NCBI GenBank assembly: GCA_964541595.1
Contig: CAZIRO010000003.1
Location: 1 to 45,298, forward strand
DNA length: 45,298 bases
DNA from: an uncultured Acidobacteriota bacterium
Lineage (GTDB): Bacteria > Acidobacteriota > HRBIN11
Direction of reading: 5' to 3'
The notes beneath the pieces are model-generated. The model had not been told where the DNA came from, ran no database searches, and saw only the letters and a program-made list of their open reading frames with translations. Below are positions 17,156 to 25,161 of the stretch, in pieces. The stretch's first letter is position 1. Each line of letters begins with the position of its first letter. A program made the translations under genes and the position numbers.

Positions 17156-17967
17156 CCTGGACAGATGCGCTGGACATTCTGATTATGGCCTTTCTCATTT
17201 ATCAGTTCCTGCTCATGCTGAAGGGTACCCGCGCCATTCCCATGGGCCTCGGCGTGTTTACACTGGTGTTTATCTACATTGCCGCCCGTGCCCTCCGCCT
17301 GAAGACGATCTACTGGTTGATGAACCACGTGATGTCCGCATTTGTCATCATCTTCGTGATCCTCTTCCAGGACGAACTCCGTCGGTTTCTCACGACGTTC
17401 ACGCAGTGGCTCCTGCCGCGGACGCGTATCCCGCGGACGCGACTGGCACGGGAGATCGAGGAGATTCTCCTTGCGGTGCGGACCCTGGCCGACCGGCGGA
17501 CCGGTGCACTCATCGTCCTGGAACGGAAGGTCGGGTTGCAGCCGTACGTGGAAACCGGCGTGCGTATGGATGCCCTGGTATCGTACGACCTCATCGTATC
17601 GCTGTTTCATCCCGCAAGTCCGCTACACGACGGCGCCATCATCATCCGGGGCAACCGGATTGCCGCTGCATCGTGTTTTCTGCCACTCTCCACGAATCCC
17701 TATATCGCTCGACCGCTGGGAACGCGCCATCGCGCGGCCGTGGGCATTACTGAAGAGAGTGATGCCCTGGTGATCGTGGTTTCCGAAGAAACGGGCAAAA
17801 TCAGTCTCGCACAGGACGGAAAAATCCGTATGGGATTGACCATTCAACAGTTGCGGCGCATCCTCGAATCTGTACTTACCGTGCAACCGAAAATCGCCCG
17901 GGAGGGTGCCGCCGTCGCACCGCAGATGGAGAAAACGTCGACAACACCGACATCATCGAACCCTTAA
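17152..17967 (+). CDS. cdaA: Diadenylate cyclase (c-di-AMP synthase), CdaA/DacA type
   Basis: There are N-terminal TM helices followed by a DAC domain (GALIVLER…PLHDGAIIIRGNRIAAASCFLPLS…LGTRHRAA). ATG 17152 overlaps the folP stop as ATGA. Confidence 0.9.
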   Translation: MTWTDALDILIMAFLIYQFLLMLKGTRAIPMGLGVFTLVFIYIAARALRLKTIYWLMNHVMSAFVIIFVILFQDELRRFLTTFTQWLLPRTRIPRTRLAREIEEILLAVRTLADRRTGALIVLERKVGLQPYVETGVRMDALVSYDLIVSLFHPASPLHDGAIIIRGNRIAAASCFLPLSTNPYIARPLGTRHRAAVGITEESDALVIVVSEETGKISLAQDGKIRMGLTIQQLRRILESVLTVQPKIAREGAAVAPQMEKTSTTPTSSNP

Positions 17968-17983
17968 CAAACGCCAACGTGTC

Positions 17984-18937
17984 ATGCGTCGTACTATTGT
18001 GCGGCTGGTGCAATGGATGCAACGTGACTGGATGCTCAAGGTGCTCGCACTTGTCATTGCGACGGGACTCTGGTATGTCGTGACCCGGCAGAACCTGACG
18101 GATACGATGCTCGAAGTCTCTGTTCAGTATCGGTTGAAGAATCCACGAATGGTCATCCTGCGGGGCATCCAGAAGGTCAATATCACCGTACGGGGTCCGG
18201 CATCGATCCTGCAAAACCTCACGCCGGAACAGTTCTCCATCTTTATTCCGATCGATCAGCAGAAACCCGGCGAACGGATCATTCACCTTGTACCCGAAAT
18301 GGTGCATTCCCGGATTCCCGGGATCCAGATTCTGCACATCCGACCGGCGGAACTGACGCTGTTTATCGACCTGTTGACCACCAAGACCGTACCGGTACAA
18401 CCGCAATTCGTCGGCACGCCTGCCCCTGGGTTTCAGTTGACCGACGTACGGGTCGAGCCGGGTCAGGTCAGGGTCGAGGGACCCGCCTCGCTTGCCGACC
18501 GCGTGCATGCCGCATTTACCGAACCCGTGAATATCCACATGCGGCGACAGAGTTTCCATACGATTGTCCAGGTGGGCGTTCCGCATCCCGAATGGCGGGT
18601 CATCGATCCGCAGCAGGTTGATCTCCAGGTGACCATTGAGGAGATCACGGAACCCGTGAAAGTGACGCTCATCGTGGAAACCGAGGGATTGCCCTCCGGA
18701 TGGACCGTGCAGCCGCGTACGGTCGTCGGTACGTTCTGGGTACCGCGCTCGAAACGGGCGGTGTTTGATACGTTTCGGCCGCGCGCAATTGTACGATGGC
18801 TCGAAGGGGATCGGCCGAAACACGGTCTCGAACTCTCCATTGAAGTCGTGTTTCCTGAAGAAATCGGGCCGTTTATTAAACGGTGGAGTCTATCCCAGGA
18901 AACGGTAACCCTGATTCGGCAGCGGCGGCGCCGGTGA
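17984..18937 (+). CDS. cdaR: CdaR / YbbR-like domain protein (regulator of CdaA)
   Basis: An N-terminal TM helix (WMLKVLALVIATGLWYVV) is followed by repeated YbbR-like beta modules (…VNITVRGPASILQNL…, …VRVEGPASLADRV…). It occupies the conserved position after cdaA. Confidence 0.75.
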   Translation: MRRTIVRLVQWMQRDWMLKVLALVIATGLWYVVTRQNLTDTMLEVSVQYRLKNPRMVILRGIQKVNITVRGPASILQNLTPEQFSIFIPIDQQKPGERIIHLVPEMVHSRIPGIQILHIRPAELTLFIDLLTTKTVPVQPQFVGTPAPGFQLTDVRVEPGQVRVEGPASLADRVHAAFTEPVNIHMRRQSFHTIVQVGVPHPEWRVIDPQQVDLQVTIEEITEPVKVTLIVETEGLPSGWTVQPRTVVGTFWVPRSKRAVFDTFRPRAIVRWLEGDRPKHGLELSIEVVFPEEIGPFIKRWSLSQETVTLIRQRRRR

Positions 18938-18950
18938 ACGGAGCGGATGC

Positions 18951-20594
18951 ATGTCTCATGCGGAAACGGATCTGCGGGTGCAGATCCCGTGTCCCCAGTG
19001 CGGGGCCCCGACCGACTGGTCGCTTTTACAAATATTGCAAAAATGTGTGTACTGCGGTTCTGCGCTCTGGTGGCCCTTCGCGGATGACGTACCCGAGTTT
19101 TTCATGGCCGAAAACGGTGTGCACCATGCGGACGACGTGATCGATGTTCTCATCCGCTACGAAGCACTGCGCCTGGCCGGTATCATGCGGTCTGCACAGG
19201 CACACGATGACCTGACCACCGTCGTATTCGATGACGCCATTCCCGAAGACGTCTGGGCACGTGCACGCGCCCGACGGCATCTCTTTCAGGTTCACGAATG
19301 GCACCTGGTGTATGCACCATATATGCTACATGTGGTCACACTCTGCTATCGGACCCTGGGCCGTGACCGGGACCGGACACGAAAGGTGTACCGCCCGTTC
19401 TGTTTCCTTCTGCAAACACCCGAACCCGCATACCCGCGTGCATGGAACTTCCGGGACCGGGGTCTCCGGATGTCCCGGGATCGACTGCTACCACTGACTT
19501 CGTCACAGGCGGATCTGCGGGTACTCATGGCGCCTGTGGAACGGGTATCGGACACGCAGGACGTGCTGCGTCCATGGATGCGGCGACGGCAGGTGCTGCA
19601 GCCGTTCGTACAGCCGATCTGGTTTGACGCGCAGCCGATCATACACCACCGGTGGATCGTCTACCGTCCATACATCTGGACCGTGGTCCGGACACCGCAG
19701 GGAACAGAAACCCTGATCATCGACGGTGCCCATCAGATGATCGCGGGCCGCCCGCGTCCCGATGAGATGCAGCGTATACGTGCCCGCGCATGGTCCTGCC
19801 TGCGACCGGACCGGATCCGTACGGTACGCGTGCACGTGCTGCCCATCCGTTGCCCGGAATGCGCCTGGGAAGTGGATCTCCGTCCGAATGCATCGTTTGC
19901 CTTCTGCACGAACTGCGGACGTTTGCTGCAACCCTCACCGCAGGGATTTCACGTGCTATCGTATCAGACCGTAGCTCCCCGATGGATTGCTGCAAAATTC
20001 CCGCGCACGCATCCGGACGGTTGGGTCTGGCTGCCCTTCTGGCGATGCGCCTGGACCTGGACGATGGATGGAAGCACGACCACAGACCTGATCGCGTACT
20101 GGCAGTCCCTGGGCATGCGCGGTCTCAGAGGGGAAGCAGCACTGCCCATTCGCCATGGATGGGTGCCGGCCATGGATACCTGGATCTATGCCCGGTACGC
20201 CGAATGGATGCAGGAACTCGCACGGTGGTTGACCCTGCAGGCGCCGCCGTTGACCGACCGCCGTCTGGTCGTCGAAGAACCGGTCGACCACGCTGCGCAT
20301 GTAGTGCTTCCCGCGCTGGAAGCCACACCGGCCGCGCAATTGCTCGAGAGTATGGTCCCCGCGTACCTGCCGGATACCGTACAGATGCGGATGAATCCGA
20401 TACTTCTACGGTCGTGTTTCCAGCGGTCCATGCGCATTACGGACCAGCACCTCGTGTATGTCCCGATACCCCGCACCCGCGCGGATCATATCGGCGACCA
20501 GATCTGGGGACCCGGCGGTCCGATCGCATGGTCCCCACTACGGGATGGAACGTTTCCACCGGCATTACACCGCACCCTCCGCGGCCGGCTGTAG
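18951..20594 (+). CDS. Hypothetical 547-aa protein with two CxxC-x14-CxxC zinc ribbons
   Basis: CPQCG…CVYCG at residues 14-35 and CPECAW…CTNCG at residues 301-322. It starts 14 nt after the cdaR stop. No family recognised. Confidence 0.7.
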   Translation: MSHAETDLRVQIPCPQCGAPTDWSLLQILQKCVYCGSALWWPFADDVPEFFMAENGVHHADDVIDVLIRYEALRLAGIMRSAQAHDDLTTVVFDDAIPEDVWARARARRHLFQVHEWHLVYAPYMLHVVTLCYRTLGRDRDRTRKVYRPFCFLLQTPEPAYPRAWNFRDRGLRMSRDRLLPLTSSQADLRVLMAPVERVSDTQDVLRPWMRRRQVLQPFVQPIWFDAQPIIHHRWIVYRPYIWTVVRTPQGTETLIIDGAHQMIAGRPRPDEMQRIRARAWSCLRPDRIRTVRVHVLPIRCPECAWEVDLRPNASFAFCTNCGRLLQPSPQGFHVLSYQTVAPRWIAAKFPRTHPDGWVWLPFWRCAWTWTMDGSTTTDLIAYWQSLGMRGLRGEAALPIRHGWVPAMDTWIYARYAEWMQELARWLTLQAPPLTDRRLVVEEPVDHAAHVVLPALEATPAAQLLESMVPAYLPDTVQMRMNPILLRSCFQRSMRITDQHLVYVPIPRTRADHIGDQIWGPGGPIAWSPLRDGTFPPALHRTLRGRL

Positions 20595-21193
20595 ACCGTG
20601 TACATGGGGCGAGCAGTGATGGGACGCAGATACACGCAGACGTCCGCAGATCAGGCAACCCATCCGTGCGCATCCGCGTCCATCTGTGTCCCATCCCCTC
20701 AACCTCCGGCACCTTTTTCGTCAATTCACTTGGGAAACGCACCTATAGACACCTCCAAAAATTTAATTTTCAAGTAAATCAACAATAAACATTTGCCTAT
20801 CCTGAAGCAAAATGGAACCTTTTGTAATGTATCCGTCGTCCAGCGTGAATCGTACCGTCAGGCACACGTGTTCGTGCGTACACCTGTAAACGCTCAGTTC
20901 CTGAATACGATTTTGAGAAACACTTCCCGGAAAACTCCATAACATGCTTCCGATCAACCACACGGCCCACATTACGTGCACCCCCATCGGCCTGAGTTGC
21001 AGGGCAGCGGCCGGATGGGTGCATGAGCAAACCCCGTGCCGGATCCAGGTGTGTACGCAAAGGCTCACAGAACACGCACACCCATTCAGCCACTTCCAGT
21101 GGGAGTCTAAAAAGTTGGACTCCTGGCATGCATTCGGTCAAAAAAGACATACTTCACGCAGGCAGTGGAATACGGACAACGAACAGATATGGC

Positions 21194-22573
21194 TCACTTC
21201 GGGCGGCGGATGTTGTAGGCGCGGAGTTTGTTGAAGAGAGTGGCCCGGGAGATGCCGAGTTCCCGCGCGGTACGGTTGTAGTTCCATCCGGTCGCCATGA
21301 GTTTCCGCAAAATGGCTTCCCGCTCCGCGCGGGCGCGAACGTCCGCAAGAGTCAGTCGCTCTATCTCTTTTTTCTCTCCGTCGCGATCGGGTTCCTGCAC
21401 CAACCATCGGCGCAATTGTGCTCCTGTGACAGTTTCCCCAGGGTACAGAACACACAGTTTTTCCATCAAATTCCGCAGCTCCCGCACATTGCCCGGCCAC
21501 GCATACGCAAGCAGGATCTCCATTGCACTCGGATGCAGAGAGACGATCGGGATTTTTTTCTCGAATGCCAATACGGAGAGAAAATAGTCGACGAGCACCG
21601 GGATATCCTCGCGCCGTTCACGCAGGGGCGGCACGTGGATATGGATGACATTCAGGCGGTAATAGAGGTCCTCGCGAAACTGGCCTGTGTGTACGGCGTG
21701 GTGCAGGTCCCGATTGGATGCCGCAATGATCCGCACGTCTACCTGAATGGGTTTGCGTCCGCCGATGCGGTAAATGACCCCGTCTTCGATCACGCGCAGC
21801 AATTTCGCCTGCAGGCGCGGACTCATTTCCTCGATTTCATCCAGGAACAGCGTCCCGCCGTCTGCCAGTTCAAATTTACCCGGTCTCCGTTCGACTGCGC
21901 CGGTAAATGCGCCCCGTTCATGGCCGAACAGTTCGGATTCGGCGAGTTCTTCCGGAATCGCCGCGCAGTTGACCGGCAGGAAATGGCCGGCTGCACGCGG
22001 ACTGCGTAGATGAATCGCGCGTGCAATGAGTTCCTTCCCCGTACCACTTTCACCGGTGATGAGCACCCGCGCGTCTGTCGGCGCGACTTTTTCGATCACT
22101 TCAAAGATCTCCTGCATGGCCGGCGACACCCCGATCAGTCGATACTGCTGCATCGCGCGTTCCAGCAGAACGGCACGTTCCCGTTCCAATCGTGCCTGGT
22201 GGAGCGCATTGCGCAGAGCAATGAGGATGCGGGACGATTCCACGGTCTTTTCCAGGAAATCGAACGCGCCGAGTTTTGTGGCCTCCACCGCGCGCGCGAT
22301 TGTCCCGTGACCGGACAGGATGAGCACCGGCAGTCGTGGCCATCGGGCTTTCATATGTTGCAGCACTTCCATGCCATCGATGTCGGGCAGCACGAGATCG
22401 AGAATCACCGCATCCACATCAGTCCGTTCGAGCACAGCCAGTGCTTCCCGACCCGTCAGGGCGGCAACTGCGGCATATCCCTCATCCTCCAGCAGTTCCG
22501 ACAACATGCGCACGACTTTCGGATCGTCGTCCACGACGAGTACGGTCACCCGTCGCATGTCCCGCACCCTCAC
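21194..22573 (-). CDS. Sigma54-dependent response regulator (NtrC-family enhancer-binding protein)
   Basis: It has a receiver domain (VLVVDDD…D…K), an AAA+ domain with GESGTGKE and the GAFTGA loop (ERGAFTGA), and a C-terminal Fis-type HTH (NRTARELGISRATLFNKL). The GTG at 22573 overlaps the kinase stop as GTGA. ATG 22558 is an alternative start. Confidence 0.9.
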   Translation of the reverse strand: MRVRDMRRVTVLVVDDDPKVVRMLSELLEDEGYAAVAALTGREALAVLERTDVDAVILDLVLPDIDGMEVLQHMKARWPRLPVLILSGHGTIARAVEATKLGAFDFLEKTVESSRILIALRNALHQARLERERAVLLERAMQQYRLIGVSPAMQEIFEVIEKVAPTDARVLITGESGTGKELIARAIHLRSPRAAGHFLPVNCAAIPEELAESELFGHERGAFTGAVERRPGKFELADGGTLFLDEIEEMSPRLQAKLLRVIEDGVIYRIGGRKPIQVDVRIIAASNRDLHHAVHTGQFREDLYYRLNVIHIHVPPLRERREDIPVLVDYFLSVLAFEKKIPIVSLHPSAMEILLAYAWPGNVRELRNLMEKLCVLYPGETVTGAQLRRWLVQEPDRDGEKKEIERLTLADVRARAEREAILRKLMATGWNYNRTARELGISRATLFNKLRAYNIRRPK

Positions 22574-24756
22574 ACGGGGAGACGAATAACAACTCGCGTG
22601 CCAAACCCCGCGCGACTGTGGACCGCAATACGGCCCCCATGGGCCTCAATGATCCGGCGAGCGATGGTCAGCCCGAGTCCCATACCATCACGTTTCGTCG
22701 AGTAATACGGATCAAACACCCGTGGGATATCTTCTGCGCGAATGCCGCATCCGGTATCTTCAATCTCGATAATCACGGCACGCCGCTCACGCCTGAACCC
22801 GTATACCGGCGTGATCGTCACCCGCAGGTGACCGCCGTCCGGCATGGCTTCGATCGCGTTGTCAAACAGGTTCGCCAGCGCGTCGTTCAGGAGTTTTGGA
22901 TCACCCCGAATGGTCACGGGCTCCGGGGCATCTATGGAAAATTGAATCCGGTCCTGCAGGAATGACGTGTACCGCGTGAGAAGGTCTTGCAAAAGATCGT
23001 TCACCACGACTTCCTGATGTTCCGGGACGTGGGCAACAGATACAAGCATGAGACGTTGCAGATCACGTCGCAGTCTGCGCGTGTCTTCCAGCATCGAGGT
23101 TGCGATATCCATCAGCTTCTGTCGGGAAAATGGACCGTTCAGCACACGGTGCAGCCGTTCAATGGACCACAACAGGGTGGCCAGCGGTGTTTTCATCCGG
23201 TGTCCGATTTCCTGCATCATCCCCAGTGATTGAAGCCATTCCCCTCTCTGCCGCGCATGTTGTTTCCGAATGGGGCGAACGATCGCCATTGCGCTGAATC
23301 CGACCAGCCCATTGATCAGGGCAAACATCAGCACGTACACCCACCCCGCGTTGCGAAAAAACACCGCAATCTGATGGTATCGACTCGGCTTTTCAGGGCA
23401 GAAAACATATATTCGTCCATCCGCATTCACCACTGCACAACGCCGATCGCGATGGCGCATGAAGTACATCGTTCGCATGATACGTAAATCCGAACGGATT
23501 CGTTCGGGCAATGTCTGGGACCACTTGATCTGCATGTCCCGATCAAACACGAGCAGACGCGTCGAGGTCAGTGCCAGGATGTATGGCAGTGATATGGCAC
23601 TGTTTTCACCGCCGATCAGGCTCACGGGTTCCGCAACAGAGACCGAACGGATGACGCGCAGTTGAGCATCCAGCATCCAGATCTTGCCCCGATCATCGCC
23701 CACGACAATGCGAGGATAGTCAGCATGTGCCAGCACGTATGGCGCAGAGAACGAAACCCCCGTTTGCGTGATACATTTGCGCGCACGTCCTGTCAAACTA
23801 TCCAGGACACAGATCCTTCCGGGTTCAGGGGATATCGCGCGATGACATGAAAGTGTAACAATCACCTCCTGACGATAATCGCCATCCAGATCGGCCGTTG
23901 TGAACATGAGCATGGTATACCACATCCCGATCTGACGGATCCAGCGAATGCGCCCATCACTGTCCAGGACAATCACATAACTGTAGGCGTCATCTGTTCC
24001 GTTGGCGCGCACACCGTTATTCGATGCGAATGTGGACACAATGACTTCCCGGGCACCGTCGCCATCGAGATCCGCTATTTTCCACTGCCAGGGCATCGAC
24101 CCCATGGGGAATTCCCAGCGAAGTTGCCCCGTTGCCAGGTCATACGTCGCAAGCCCCCGTGGATATTTCTTCCACGCTGAATGCACCACAATGGTTAACC
24201 ATGTCGCAGCGTCATCGTTCAAGCCCCAGACGATAGGTGCCACATTATATCTGCGGGATCCCTGCATAAAGTTCGGGTATTCGAGTCGGACCAATCCCAC
24301 GTCGTCCTGATTTCCTCGAATCGTACGAAGGATCAACCCATGCCTGGAAAGCTCCAGAAACCGGTACTGAATATGTCGGTGCGCCGGATCCAGGTGCGCG
24401 TCGACGAAGATATACGATTCCGGTACCAGGATCTCAGAAAAATTCGGTGGTATGTATCCGGGGGCGAAAGGCTCTTCCGCCCCAACCACATTATACCCGG
24501 GCGGGTCTCCTGCCGGCGAGACGTATACAAGTTCATCCTCGCCATCCCGATCGACATCGAACGCATGCACATAGTGCGCTGCAAACCTGTACGCCACCTG
24601 CTGGACCCGCAACCTCGTCCGGGGTACAACTACACGTCGCCAGTACGCCCAGGCCTGCCAGATCAATACCCCGTTGAGCACCGTAAGCAGAAACAGCACC
24701 ACAAAAAACCGCGCACGCATCCTCTTATGGGTAAATGACAGAAATACATGTTCCAT
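22570..24756 (-). CDS. Sensor histidine kinase with a large FG-GAP/VCBS-type beta-propeller-like extracytoplasmic domain
   Basis: The H-box is EIGHRMKTPLATL, and the ATPase domain carries the N, G1 and G2 boxes (NLFDNAIEAM, EDTGCGI, GMGLGL). Repeated DxDxDG motifs (DVDRDGEDE, ADLDGDGAREV, ADLDGDYRQEV) lie between two TM segments. The track ORF (to 25167) reads through the repeat, so I trimmed it to ATG 24756. ATG 24720 is an alternative start. Confidence 0.85.
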   Translation of the reverse strand: MEHVFLSFTHKRMRARFFVVLFLLTVLNGVLIWQAWAYWRRVVVPRTRLRVQQVAYRFAAHYVHAFDVDRDGEDELVYVSPAGDPPGYNVVGAEEPFAPGYIPPNFSEILVPESYIFVDAHLDPAHRHIQYRFLELSRHGLILRTIRGNQDDVGLVRLEYPNFMQGSRRYNVAPIVWGLNDDAATWLTIVVHSAWKKYPRGLATYDLATGQLRWEFPMGSMPWQWKIADLDGDGAREVIVSTFASNNGVRANGTDDAYSYVIVLDSDGRIRWIRQIGMWYTMLMFTTADLDGDYRQEVIVTLSCHRAISPEPGRICVLDSLTGRARKCITQTGVSFSAPYVLAHADYPRIVVGDDRGKIWMLDAQLRVIRSVSVAEPVSLIGGENSAISLPYILALTSTRLLVFDRDMQIKWSQTLPERIRSDLRIMRTMYFMRHRDRRCAVVNADGRIYVFCPEKPSRYHQIAVFFRNAGWVYVLMFALINGLVGFSAMAIVRPIRKQHARQRGEWLQSLGMMQEIGHRMKTPLATLLWSIERLHRVLNGPFSRQKLMDIATSMLEDTRRLRRDLQRLMLVSVAHVPEHQEVVVNDLLQDLLTRYTSFLQDRIQFSIDAPEPVTIRGDPKLLNDALANLFDNAIEAMPDGGHLRVTITPVYGFRRERRAVIIEIEDTGCGIRAEDIPRVFDPYYSTKRDGMGLGLTIARRIIEAHGGRIAVHSRAGFGTRVVIRLPV

Positions 24757-24903
24757 TCTATTCCGAAATGAACGTCTCTTCCATCCCGGACTGGTTTCCT
24801 CGGGATCGGCACGGGCAGCCGAATACGAGAACACAAATATCCGATCGACGCAGAGGACAGTTCCATCACGTTCATCCACAGCGCAAAAGCCCGTTCCTGA
24901 AAC

Positions 24904-25149
24904 CGGGACAGGCCATGGGACACCGTGGGTCCCCATGCGGTCATGCGCGATCTCCCGCCCATGCGATGCCCCGTCCCCTGGCTTCCGTCTCCCGTCCCGG
25001 ATACCTGCCACCCGACACCTGGGACCCGACACCTGACACCTGGGACCTGAGACCTGGGACCTGAGACCTGTCACCCGACACCGGAGACCGGTGGCCACCG
25101 GCACATCGGTGGATCCGGTGGTGCGCATGTCCCATGGCCTGTCCCGATC
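24904..25149 (+). repeat. TIR-bounded intergenic repeat, copy 3 (reference copy)
   Basis: It has perfect 19-nt TIRs: cgggacaggccatgggaca (24904-24922) and tgtcccatggcctgtcccg (25128-25146). The internal heptamer tract at about 25010-25090 holds roughly 11 units. The palindrome ccggtggccaccgg is present. The 8-bp direct repeat cgttcctg flanks the element at 24892-24899 and 25154-25161. Confidence 0.9.
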
Positions 25150-25161
25150 CCAACGTTCCTG

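Noticed and set aside
20763-21068. A 101-aa minus-strand ORF in the orphan spacer
   Set aside because: It has no RBS and a Cys/His/Trp-rich composition. The A/T-ending codons in its 3' third are unlike every confident gene here. It is kept only as a remote possibility within the spacer finding.
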